The position numbers were made by a program, and so were the translations under genes. Shown here one piece after another: positions 46,701 through 54,411 of a stretch of DNA of 64,000 bases. Every line of letters begins with the position of its first letter. The first letter of the stretch is position 1. The notes under the pieces were generated by a model. It saw nothing but the letters and a program-made list of their open reading frames with translations, had not been told where the DNA came from and made no database searches. Source of the stretch: Clostridia bacterium (GTDB lineage Bacteria > Bacillota > Clostridia > Oscillospirales > CAG-272); the NCBI GenBank assembly GCA_017399105.1, contig JAFQEJ010000003.1, positions 19,213 through 83,212 of the forward strand, read 5' to 3'.

Positions 46701-47593
46701 CCGCCCACCGACAGAAGGCTGACCAGCAGCAGAACCGCACCGATCACTGCCACAAGAACGCCGATCACGGTAAAGAGAAGCTTCTTCTTTGCAAGTCCCA
46801 TCACCAGCAAAACCGCACCGAAGGCAATCAGAGCCCCCCCTGCCACAACAAGTCCCATGCCGCCCGAAGGGGTCTCGGGAGTCTCTGCTGCAGGTACATC
46901 GCTCTCGGCAGGAGCCGAAGTCCCGGGTTCTGTGACAACAGGCCGTTCGGTCTCGGGAACAGCCGCCGTTTCGGGTGCAGAGGTCTCGGCAAGATTGATC
47001 ACCATTTTTTCGGAAGGATCTACCGCCTCGGGGAAGAGGGCCGCCAGATCGTCACGGTATGTAAAGCGGATATTATCCACACGCAGGGTGATATCCTCTT
47101 CAATAGAAATTCCCAGCATAAAAAGTCTGGTAAAGTTGACTCTGGAGAGGTCAATATCGCTCTCCTTCAGCGGCAGGATGAGATGTGTCCACTCACCGGT
47201 TGCATAGGCCTGATCCATGATCGACCATTCGATCTCTTCCTTGTCCCAGGTACCCGAGCTTGTAATCTCGAGATTAAACTGAGAGCAGGAGACCGCCAGA
47301 TCGGCATTGCTCATCCAGATATCCAGCTCCAGACAGTTGGCACCGGCAGCATCCTTCTTGCCGTGCTGTTTGGGAATGACAAAGGCATCGGTGCCAGCCT
47401 TGACCACAAACTCAATGCAGCCCTTACCCTCGATCATATCATTCTTGTTCGCCTTGAAGCCGCTCCAGCCGGATGCGCTGTCACAGGAGTCGAGCATCAC
47501 ATCGTCAAAAGCCAGCGAAGGCATTGCCGTTATGATGACAAGCAGCAGGCAGAGAATCAGTCCCGCAATCGGGCGATTTTTGCGTTGTTTCAT
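43784..47593 (-). CDS. 1269-aa surface protein: signal peptide, novel repeat-family domain, P/T/E linker, TM hairpin, then two tandem right-handed beta-helix (Pectate_lyase_3 / GH55- or GH28-like) modules
   Basis: Signal peptide MKQRKNRPIAGLILCLLLVIITAMPSLA. Family motif FNLEITSSGTWDKEEIEW..GEW..L.LP....VNFTRLF. Two N.L.FGAKGDG..DDT.AI..AI-type beta-helix starts (..NVLNFGAKGDGRADDTAAIKDAI.. and ..ITEKLQAAIDSLKGKGGLIYLPSGTYYV..). Confidence 0.75.
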   Translation of the reverse strand: MKQRKNRPIAGLILCLLLVIITAMPSLAFDDVMLDSCDSASGWSGFKANKNDMIEGKGCIEFVVKAGTDAFVIPKQHGKKDAAGANCLELDIWMSNADLAVSCSQFNLEITSSGTWDKEEIEWSIMDQAYATGEWTHLILPLKESDIDLSRVNFTRLFMLGISIEEDITLRVDNIRFTYRDDLAALFPEAVDPSEKMVINLAETSAPETAAVPETERPVVTEPGTSAPAESDVPAAETPETPSGGMGLVVAGGALIAFGAVLLVMGLAKKKLLFTVIGVLVAVIGAVLLLVSLLSVGGAHVTETEVVESDTAAAPVTEAPVIPSDDDDITTIYYKETVDLTLPRVTLGASPVSAGLSAFYDGAEPLKTMVISERDCTFLEYNRKDASRAYIYFDADEKTKAAYSGNLSLIIEYYCSERAALTLDYTKTDGSAASVEYTVTKLGNSWNKLSVTLPDAKLSGGVDGHDIKLSSKGAEFFRMAAVYLDHAPEITAPEGNYLVVPKYECGEYVVANYNVLNFGAKGDGRADDTAAIKDAIAAAQAAGGGTVFIPEGRYCMTEPIELPTGVMLIGELETGTANGTVLYVYCGKGKPEDPAFIKMPHGSAVRNIAFYYPEQRFVKGEPIPFPYTFEQVATEGLDIENVTLVNSYNGIDFSTGSDSLQTVRNLYGTVLNVAYHMNACYDIGRFENVCFSPKYWLECDVPNKPIKEQLENYMLTNSIGMIVERIDWTYFADVKIEGYNIGFLARASAEGMSHGHLYNFEIVDCYNPLVIEDMAIYGNIISNSIFRAAGGEDAVAILLSETYTSDMSFVNCTIESEGKYAIVNNGTGLVTAVDSAVKAGDKAHATNYGKVSFINTEIAGEEVITADLPGLITDVDYNRYVYTKPASDAFIDMGAEPYRIKDGDDITEKLQAAIDSLKGKGGLIYLPSGTYYVEDAITVHAGIELRGTMDMPHNGIPATANIYSDFGREDPDGEALFTLMEGAGMRGINFYYYNQYNDGVVPYSFTIRGNGKGVYLCNLLLNSSYNGVDLATYRCDEHYVEYLWGTPMNIGIITGGGSENGIVRDIQYTPNCNPGNWDATYKSIMTQGRPFVIGETKNQVFYHNFSYGGWKGIHVMDGAKDAYLIANGIDSGNFSTYIEGNATAHYVDTQLVNLNGKEMNYIVTDESFTGEVVMINTNLWGTSKGAIVMNGPGKLTMIGGRIQNAGAVMLEMNAGEAVLAAVQNATGALRSDVTATNDIKSVTLIGCVLESGGKYRVDGVDASKMVGLN

Positions 47594-47690
47594 AATTAAT
47601 ACCGCCTTTACACAAAATTGGTTGCATTTACTATTATAACAGGTGACAGGCAAATAATCAATGGAATTTTTTCAGATAAATCAGTCTTAT

Positions 47691-47747
47691 TCTAAGAATT
47701 ATACCTATTTCTAAGAAATATCCCTATTTCTATGAAATATACCTTTT
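47691..47747. repeat. three tandem 19-bp direct repeats in the divergent promoter region
   Basis: tctaagaattatacctatt / tctaagaaatatccctatt / tctatgaaatatacctttt, ending 24 bp before the -35 of the downstream gene. Confidence 0.8.
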
Positions 47748-47771
47748 CGGCAGAGATCATTTGAATACCCC

Positions 47772-47800
47772 TTGACAAAATTATATAATTGTTATATGAT
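47772..47800 (+). promoter_or_regulatory. sigma-A promoter of family member 1
   Basis: cTTGACAaaa, 17-bp spacer, TATGAT. Confidence 0.65.
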
Positions 47801-47859
47801 AGTTACAGTAACACTCAAATTTTATCGGCAGATTGCCGAAATATAACCGGAGGTATCTT

Positions 47860-49125
47860 ATGAAAAAGCTTACCAAGCTCCTGCTTATCATCACGCTGAT
47901 TGCCGCAATTCTCGCCATGAATGTATCGGCATACACCGAGATTGTAAGCACCAACAACAAGAAAACCGACAATGGAACCTGGTCTGCCAAGACCATGGAT
48001 GACGAAAACGGTCAGACATACGCGATCAAGTCCCCGTCGGGCAACAATCCCTCAAATGCGCTGATCGTTTCCATCACCCTGAAAACACCTCTCGACATCT
48101 CCAAGTATGAGGATGACGGCTATCTCAGCTTCTTACTCTATGTCAACAACCCCGATGCCTTCAGCGCTAACGGTTCGATCGAGCTGACCAGTGCAGGCAG
48201 ATGCGACGCCGAAGAGCTCAGCTGGGCTGCTCCCGCAGGCGATGTTGTTCAGGGCTGGAACGAAATCATCCTTCCCTTCGCTGATGGCAACGACGGCGGT
48301 CTGAATTTCGAGGCACTCAACTTCTTCCGTTTCTTCTGGTTCCCCGCTGATGGCGCAGATCTGGAAGAGTACGGTGATCCTTACTTTGCCATCGCCGATC
48401 TCCGCATCGGTCACTACGGCGATGACATTGCTTATCCCAACAACAAAATTCAGTGGGATAACCTCACCTACTTCGATATGACCAACTTCAACGGTGCAGC
48501 CACCAATCTGGCAGGCCAGACCTCTGTCTCCATGAACAGCGACAGCCTCGTTATCAGCCAGACCAACGCACTTGCCACCCCCATCGATCTCTCCAAGTAT
48601 GAGGACGGCGGCTATATGCACATGTGGATGTATATCGACGGCGTTGAAAACTTCACCGAGACCGAGGGTCAGTTTGAGCTGACCAGCGGCGGCGCATGTG
48701 ATGTTGACGAGCTCACCTTCTCTGTACAGGCTGCCGATCTCCACGACGGCTGGAACGAGATCATCTGGTGCTTCGACGATGCAGCTCAGGCAAATGCAGA
48801 CATGAGCGCCATCAACTTCGTCCGCTTCTATAAGCATGTCAGCGCTCCCACCACAGTCATCATCCGTGATCTCTCCTTCGGTACCGAGGAAGAGATGGAT
48901 ATGGTTCCCGAGACCGAGCCTCCGGCAACCGAGCCCCCCGCAACAGAAGCTCCCGCTACCGATGCTCCTGCAGCTGAGGCTGAGACCACAGGCGAAGCTC
49001 CCGCAGAGACTCCCACCGATGCAGGCTCCTCCAACACCACCGTCATCATCATTGCAGTTGTGGCTGTTGTTGTGATCGCAGTTGCAGTTGTTGCAGTGAT
49101 CGCTTCCAAGAAAAAGAAGAAATAA
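47860..49125 (+). CDS. 421-aa surface protein: signal peptide, two copies of the novel domain, P/T/E/A linker, C-terminal TM anchor and KKKKK tail
   Basis: Signal peptide ..AILAMNVSA/YT. Motifs SIELTSAGRCDAEELSW..GWNEIILPF..LNFFRFFW and QFELTSGGACDVDELTF..GWNEIIWCF..INFVRFY. C-terminus IIIAVVAVVVIAVAVVAVIASKKKKK. Confidence 0.85.
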   Translation: MKKLTKLLLIITLIAAILAMNVSAYTEIVSTNNKKTDNGTWSAKTMDDENGQTYAIKSPSGNNPSNALIVSITLKTPLDISKYEDDGYLSFLLYVNNPDAFSANGSIELTSAGRCDAEELSWAAPAGDVVQGWNEIILPFADGNDGGLNFEALNFFRFFWFPADGADLEEYGDPYFAIADLRIGHYGDDIAYPNNKIQWDNLTYFDMTNFNGAATNLAGQTSVSMNSDSLVISQTNALATPIDLSKYEDGGYMHMWMYIDGVENFTETEGQFELTSGGACDVDELTFSVQAADLHDGWNEIIWCFDDAAQANADMSAINFVRFYKHVSAPTTVIIRDLSFGTEEEMDMVPETEPPATEPPATEAPATDAPAAEAETTGEAPAETPTDAGSSNTTVIIIAVVAVVVIAVAVVAVIASKKKKK

Positions 49126-49163
49126 GCAAAGCACACCTCGCTGAAACTTAAACAGAGCAGTCG

Positions 49164-49203
49164 GCTGCCGCAGATTTGATATTTGCGGCAGCTGTTATTT
49201 TCT
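49164..49203 (+). terminator. rho-independent terminator
   Basis: GCTGCCGCA..(11 nt)..TGCGGCAGC followed by TGTTATTTT. Confidence 0.7.
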
Positions 49204-49235
49204 CCTTCGGGAAGCAATGTATTTATGAATTTCTC

Positions 49236-49264
49236 TTGACAAAACTGTAAAATTGTTATATGAT
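49236..49264 (+). promoter_or_regulatory. sigma-A promoter of family member 2
   Basis: cTTGACAaaa, 17-bp spacer, TATGAT. The geometry is the same as 47772-47800. Confidence 0.65.
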
Positions 49265-49325
49265 TGATATAGTATCATACTACATTCCATCGGCAGACTG
49301 CCGAAATAATTCTGGAGGTTTGGTT

Positions 49326-50585
49326 ATGAAACAGTTCGCAAAAATCCTTCTCGTGATCACGCTGATTGCAGCCATGCTCGCTGTGAGCGTTTCTGCCGTC
49401 ACACCCATCGCAAACTCCGCCGACAAGAAGGGCTGGAGTGCAGGTAAGCTTCTGGCTGACGAAAACGAAGTCATGTACGCTTATCAGTCAAACGCCGGAC
49501 ACGATCCGAACGGTGTTCTCACCATCATCTACAAGCCCACAGAGCCTGTTGACATCTCCAAATATGTGGATGACGGCTATTTCCACCTGATGGTTTATGT
49601 CAACAACCCCGATGCCCTCAGCACCAACGGTCAGATCGAGCTCACCAGCTCGGGTCAGAGCGACGTGGAAGAGATCCACTGGATGGCGCCCGCAGGCGAG
49701 GTTGTACAGGGCTGGAACGAGCTCTTCCTCGCATTTGACGAAGCCGAGGACGGCGGCGTCGATTTCACCAAGATCAACTTCTTCCGTTTCTACTGGTTCC
49801 CCGCTGACGGCGCAGACCTGGAAGAATACGGCGATCCCTACTTCGCAGTTGCCGATCTCCATGCAGCGTTCTACGGTGATGACATCGCTTATCCCAATGA
49901 TAATATTCAGTGGGATAACCTCACCTACTTCGATATGAGCACATTCAACGGTGCCACAACCGACCTGGCAGGCAAGTCCTCTGTTACCATGACAAGCGAC
50001 AGCCTGGTGATCAGCCAGACCGGCGCACTTGCCACCCCCATTGACCTCTCCAAGTATGAGAGCGGCGGATATCTGCACATGTGGATGTACATTGAAGGTG
50101 TTGAAAACTTCACCGAGACCGAGGGCCAGTTCGAGCTGACCAGCGGCGGCGCATGTGATGTTGACGAGCTCACCTTCTCTGTACAGGCTGCCGATCTCCA
50201 CGACGGCTGGAACGAGATCATCTGGTGCTTCGATGATGCGGCTCAGTTCAACGCCGACATGAGCGCCATCAACTATGTCCGCTTCTACAAGCACGTAACC
50301 GCTCCCACAACCGTGATCATCCGTGACCTCTCCTTCGGTACCGAGGAAGAGATGGATATGGTTCCCGAGACCGAGCCTCCGGCAACCGAGCCCCCCGCAA
50401 CAGAAGCTCCCGCTACCGATGCTCCTGCAGCTGAGGCTGAGACCACAGGCGAAGCTCCCGCAGATGACACTGCTGATACAAGCTCCTCCAACAACACCAC
50501 CTACATCATCATCGCAGTTGTTGCGGTTGTTGTAATCGCAGTTGCAGTTGTTGCAGTGATCGCTTCCAAGAAAAAGAAGAAATAA
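49326..50585 (+). CDS. 419-aa surface protein, tandem paralogue of 47860-49125
   Basis: Same architecture. The C-terminal half is nearly identical to the upstream paralogue and the N-terminal domain is diverged. Confidence 0.85.
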   Translation: MKQFAKILLVITLIAAMLAVSVSAVTPIANSADKKGWSAGKLLADENEVMYAYQSNAGHDPNGVLTIIYKPTEPVDISKYVDDGYFHLMVYVNNPDALSTNGQIELTSSGQSDVEEIHWMAPAGEVVQGWNELFLAFDEAEDGGVDFTKINFFRFYWFPADGADLEEYGDPYFAVADLHAAFYGDDIAYPNDNIQWDNLTYFDMSTFNGATTDLAGKSSVTMTSDSLVISQTGALATPIDLSKYESGGYLHMWMYIEGVENFTETEGQFELTSGGACDVDELTFSVQAADLHDGWNEIIWCFDDAAQFNADMSAINYVRFYKHVTAPTTVIIRDLSFGTEEEMDMVPETEPPATEPPATEAPATDAPAAEAETTGEAPADDTADTSSSNNTTYIIIAVVAVVVIAVAVVAVIASKKKKK

Positions 50586-50674
50586 GCTGATCTAACCAAA
50601 ACAGGGGTTGTCGCAATGCGGCAGCCCCTGTTGTCATACAGCCGCCCGTATGAGCAGGATTTACAGAACATTTG

Positions 50675-50703
50675 TTGACAATATCTGTCATTTGTGCTAT
50701 CAT
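50675..50703 (+). promoter_or_regulatory. sigma-A promoter upstream of DUF3842-cls
   Basis: TTGACA, 17-bp spacer, TATCAT. Confidence 0.55.
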
Positions 50704-50755
50704 AATAAACAAATTATTTAATACTCAAATCATTTCGGAAAGTGAGGGAAACAGG

Positions 50756-51178
50756 ATGACACTGGTTGTAATCGACGGTATGGGAGGCGGCATGGGCGCA
50801 CAGCTCATTGAAGCGGTCAGAGGGAGCGCACCGAAGCTGAAAATCATCGCTGTGGGTACCAACACGCAGGCAACGGCAGCTATGCTGAGAGCGGGAGCCG
50901 ACGCGGGGGCTACGGGAGAGAATCCTGTTACCGTAAACTGTCGGCGCGCCGACATTATTGCAGGCCCCATCGGTATTCTCGCCGCCGATTCGCTGCTTGG
51001 CGAGATAACACCGAAGATGGCGGCTGCTGTCGGCTCCTCCGAGGCGAAAAAAGTGCTCGTCCCCATGTCGGGCTGCGGCATCCGCGTTGCCGGTCTTGAC
51101 AAGCTTTCCACAAGCGAATATATTACAGCAGCAGCCGCTGAGATTCTCGCCCTTCTGAGAGAAGGTGAGACCTCGTGA
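50756..51178 (+). CDS. DUF3842-family protein
   Basis: MTLVVIDGMGGGMGAQLIE... is the family-typical N-terminus. The stop overlaps the GTG start of cls (GTGA). Confidence 0.7.
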   Translation: MTLVVIDGMGGGMGAQLIEAVRGSAPKLKIIAVGTNTQATAAMLRAGADAGATGENPVTVNCRRADIIAGPIGILAADSLLGEITPKMAAAVGSSEAKKVLVPMSGCGIRVAGLDKLSTSEYITAAAAEILALLREGETS

Positions 51179-52722
51179 TCAAGCGAATTCTCAAGGCGGT
51201 ATTCTCCCGCTTTGCCTTCGACTGCTTTGCTCTGCTTCTGCAGATCGTCTTTCTGGTGGCGATGGTGCTCCGCATCGGCGATTACCGTATCTTTGCCGCC
51301 ATCACCATACTTTCGCAGGTCATCGGCATCATCGCGGTGGTCTATATCATCAACGGAAGGAGTAATCCCGGCTACAAAATCGCATGGATTACTCTGGTGC
51401 TTGCGGTGCCCGTCTTCGGACTGCTGGTTTATTTCGGCTTTGCCCGAAGCAAATTCAGCTTTTTCGAGCGCCGCCGCATGCAGGTGCTCAATCAGCATCT
51501 CAAGCCGCCCATGAAGAAGCTGCCCGACCTCACCGGCCGCATAACCGAAACCTCGGGGGAGGGAGCTGCGCGTCAGTCTGCATATATTCGGAATTCCACC
51601 TACTGCCCGCCCTATGAGAACACCGAAACCGAATATTTTCCCATCGGCGAGGAGATGTTTTCCGCCATGCTTGCCGACCTTGAGGCAGCCGAACACTTTA
51701 TCTTTCTGGAATATTTCATCATCGACCGCGGCATCATGTGGGATTCTATCCTCGATGTGCTGAAGCGCAAGGCGGCAGCAGGCGTCGATGTGCGCGTCAT
51801 CTACGACGATGTGGGCACCATCAAGCTGCTCCCCTACGGCTACGACAAAACCCTGCGCGAGATGGGCATCAAATGCCGCATCTTCAATCCCGCCATCCCC
51901 ATCCTTTCGGCGGCACTGAACAACCGCAACCACCGCAAGATCACTGTCATCGACGGTCACACAGCCTATACCGGCGGCATCAATCTTGCCGACGAATACA
52001 TCAACGAAAAGGAGCGCTTCGGTCACTGGAAGGACAGCGCCATCCGTCTCTACGGCGAGGGCGTCTGGAGTTTCACCCTCATGTTCCTCACCATGTGGGA
52101 ATACTGGGACAATAGCCGCGAGCAGTATTCCGCCTACAAGCCCGCCAAATACATGCGCAGAATCCCGCGTGCCGGCGGCTATGTACAGCCCTACACCGAC
52201 AATCCCCTTGACAATGAAGCGGTAGGCGAGACGGTCTATCTCAATATGATTAACCGCGCCGAGCGCTATGTCTATATCACAACTCCCTACCTCGTGGTGG
52301 ATAATGAGATGATCACCGCCCTCACCACCGCCGCAAAATCGGGTGTCGATGTGCGCATTGTCACTCCCGGCATCCCCGATAAATGGTATGTCCATACCAC
52401 CTCCCGTGCCTATTACGAGGTGCTCCTCGAGGCAGGTGTTCGCATCTATGAGTACACCCCCGGCTTCATCCATGCCAAAAACTTTGTCTGCGATGATAAA
52501 TACGGCACGGTGGGCAGCATCAACCTCGATTACCGCAGCCTCTACCTCCACTTCGAGTGCGGCGTCTGGCTCTGCGAAACCTCCAGCATCGCCCAGATCA
52601 AGGAGGATTTCCTGCAGATTCTCCGTGTCTCCCGTGAATGCACCCTGGAAGAAACACAGAATGTCAAGCTCCCCACAAGGCTTCTTCGCAGCATCATGCG
52701 AACCTTCTCCCCACTGCTGTAA
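51175..52722 (+). CDS. cls: cardiolipin synthase
   Basis: Two N-terminal TM segments and two PLD HKD motifs (NHRKITVIDGHTAYTGGINLADEY and HAKNFVCDDKYGTVGSINLDYRS). Confidence 0.9.
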   Translation: MIKRILKAVFSRFAFDCFALLLQIVFLVAMVLRIGDYRIFAAITILSQVIGIIAVVYIINGRSNPGYKIAWITLVLAVPVFGLLVYFGFARSKFSFFERRRMQVLNQHLKPPMKKLPDLTGRITETSGEGAARQSAYIRNSTYCPPYENTETEYFPIGEEMFSAMLADLEAAEHFIFLEYFIIDRGIMWDSILDVLKRKAAAGVDVRVIYDDVGTIKLLPYGYDKTLREMGIKCRIFNPAIPILSAALNNRNHRKITVIDGHTAYTGGINLADEYINEKERFGHWKDSAIRLYGEGVWSFTLMFLTMWEYWDNSREQYSAYKPAKYMRRIPRAGGYVQPYTDNPLDNEAVGETVYLNMINRAERYVYITTPYLVVDNEMITALTTAAKSGVDVRIVTPGIPDKWYVHTTSRAYYEVLLEAGVRIYEYTPGFIHAKNFVCDDKYGTVGSINLDYRSLYLHFECGVWLCETSSIAQIKEDFLQILRVSRECTLEETQNVKLPTRLLRSIMRTFSPLL

Positions 52723-52840
52723 TAAATCCCGGCCTTCTCCGGCAGAGATGGCTGAATTGATGCGATTCTTTTGCTTGAAATATGAAATGGGACTGTCGCA
52801 TTGACATGCAACAGCCCCATCATTTATATCCTGTAAGCTG

Positions 52841-54328
52841 TTATTCCAGCTCCTCATACTTCTCCATGATCTTTTCAAAGCCCTTCGTGAAGGCTTTCAC
52901 CTTCTTGGCATAAGCAGAAGCCAGCGACTCTGTCTCGTTCCAGAGCGAATCGCCGAAGAACTGGAAGATCGAATCCATGTACTGGGAGTGAATATAACCA
53001 AAATCGAAGAATACATTGCCTGCGATCATCTCGAGCATCCGCGCCGAATTTTCATCGCGCACAAACTTGGTCTGAAGCACATTGTCATAAAACGCGGGAA
53101 TGGTGGTCGCGCCGCTCTCGGCAGCCATCGCCTCGAGAATCATCGCCGACATAACCTCATCCTTCACCACAGCAGGCACCGAAATGACCGATGTGCCGCC
53201 GTAAGCGTGGGTGATGTAGTCCTCCTGCGCCTCGTCATACTTGGGGAAGGGGATGATGCCGAACTCCATGTCCATGACGCGCATCTGAGAGGTGTACTCA
53301 AAGGTGCCGGTGTAGAAGAGTGCGCGGTTGTCGCCGAACATTGCCAGCATCTCGGTGTAGTCGGTATCCTCGGCAGGCTTGCTCAAAAAGACCGAATCGC
53401 CGCTGTTGTAAAGCAGATTGTAAACCGTCTCATAGGCATTGAAGGTGCGGTCGGTTTCAAAGACGAAATCATAGGTACCCTCATCGTTGCGCGCCATGAT
53501 GGGCAGATCGAGCGTGGTCAGGAAGACGCGGGCACAGTGATGGTTTGTGATCAGTCCGTAGCTGTCGGCATTGTCGAACCTGCTGTCGCCGTTCACATCG
53601 CGGGAGACCAGCTTGCTGAATTCGCTAAGCTTCTCCATGGTCCAGCCGCCCTCATCCACCAGCGCATAAAGATCGGGCAGACTGTGATCCTCGGCAAGCT
53701 GCTTGGAGAAGAAGACCGCATAGAGTGACTCGTACATGGAGAACGCCAGATCGCCGGTGGTCAGATAGAGCTTTCCGTTGACCGTGTTGCTGTCCACAAA
53801 GCCGGATGCCCACCAGGGATTCTCCAAATCCATGCCGTCCAGATTATACAGATTCATCAGATGTCCCTCCATCGCCGCAGTGGCAAAGAAGGTCAGATGC
53901 GCCGCGATAGCGTCATAAGCCATATCAGCCCCCAGCACACTGTTTCGCACATGGGTCAGAAAGGACTCCCTGTGCTTGCTGACGCCGGGAATGGCATAGG
54001 TGCTGAAGTTGATGTTGTAGTATTCGGAAACCCGCTGATTGCGCTTGTAAACCGCGTCGTTGACAGGCTCACCGATCTCAGACTCGGCGAACATCTCGTA
54101 TTCCTTCTCCTCGCGGCAGAGAAGGGTGTAATCAGCTCCGCCAAAGTCCACCCGCTCAAGCGAAGCAAGATAGTCGGGCTTTGTCTCGGCAGCCTCGGGT
54201 GCAGCGGTGGTAACAGCCGCATTGGCAGTCTCCATGCCGCCGGCAGCTGTATCCTCGGTTGATGCGCAGGATGCAAACAGGGAAAGGAGCATGGAGGATA
54301 GCAAAAGTGCTGTGATGATTCTCTTCAT
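52841..54328 (-). CDS. ABC-transporter extracellular solute-binding lipoprotein, orphan copy 3
   Basis: Lipobox in MKRIITALLLSSMLLSLFASC. It is a paralogue of the other two (..FGIIPFPKYDEAQEDY..). Confidence 0.8.
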   Translation of the reverse strand: MKRIITALLLSSMLLSLFASCASTEDTAAGGMETANAAVTTAAPEAAETKPDYLASLERVDFGGADYTLLCREEKEYEMFAESEIGEPVNDAVYKRNQRVSEYYNINFSTYAIPGVSKHRESFLTHVRNSVLGADMAYDAIAAHLTFFATAAMEGHLMNLYNLDGMDLENPWWASGFVDSNTVNGKLYLTTGDLAFSMYESLYAVFFSKQLAEDHSLPDLYALVDEGGWTMEKLSEFSKLVSRDVNGDSRFDNADSYGLITNHHCARVFLTTLDLPIMARNDEGTYDFVFETDRTFNAYETVYNLLYNSGDSVFLSKPAEDTDYTEMLAMFGDNRALFYTGTFEYTSQMRVMDMEFGIIPFPKYDEAQEDYITHAYGGTSVISVPAVVKDEVMSAMILEAMAAESGATTIPAFYDNVLQTKFVRDENSARMLEMIAGNVFFDFGYIHSQYMDSIFQFFGDSLWNETESLASAYAKKVKAFTKGFEKIMEKYEELE

Positions 54329-54411
54329 GATGATAATTCCTTTCTTGGCTTGTTGATTCATTTCATTATAGCCCGATTTTTTCCGAAAGTCAAGCATTCC
54401 CCATTCGTTTT

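Noticed and set aside
48890-49020. Possible CRISPR-like or tandem repeat array in the repeated ccggcaaccgag/ccccccgcaacagaa/gctcccgctacc sequence (also at 50350-50470 and 28120-28200)
   Set aside because: These are in-frame P/T/E/A linker codons inside well-supported CDSs. There is no repeat-spacer periodicity and there are no cas genes.
47860-50585. A diversity-generating retroelement as the explanation for the variable N-terminal domains of the tandem paralogues
   Set aside because: There is no reverse transcriptase gene and no template/variable repeat pair with adenine-specific substitutions. The differences are spread over all bases and include indels.
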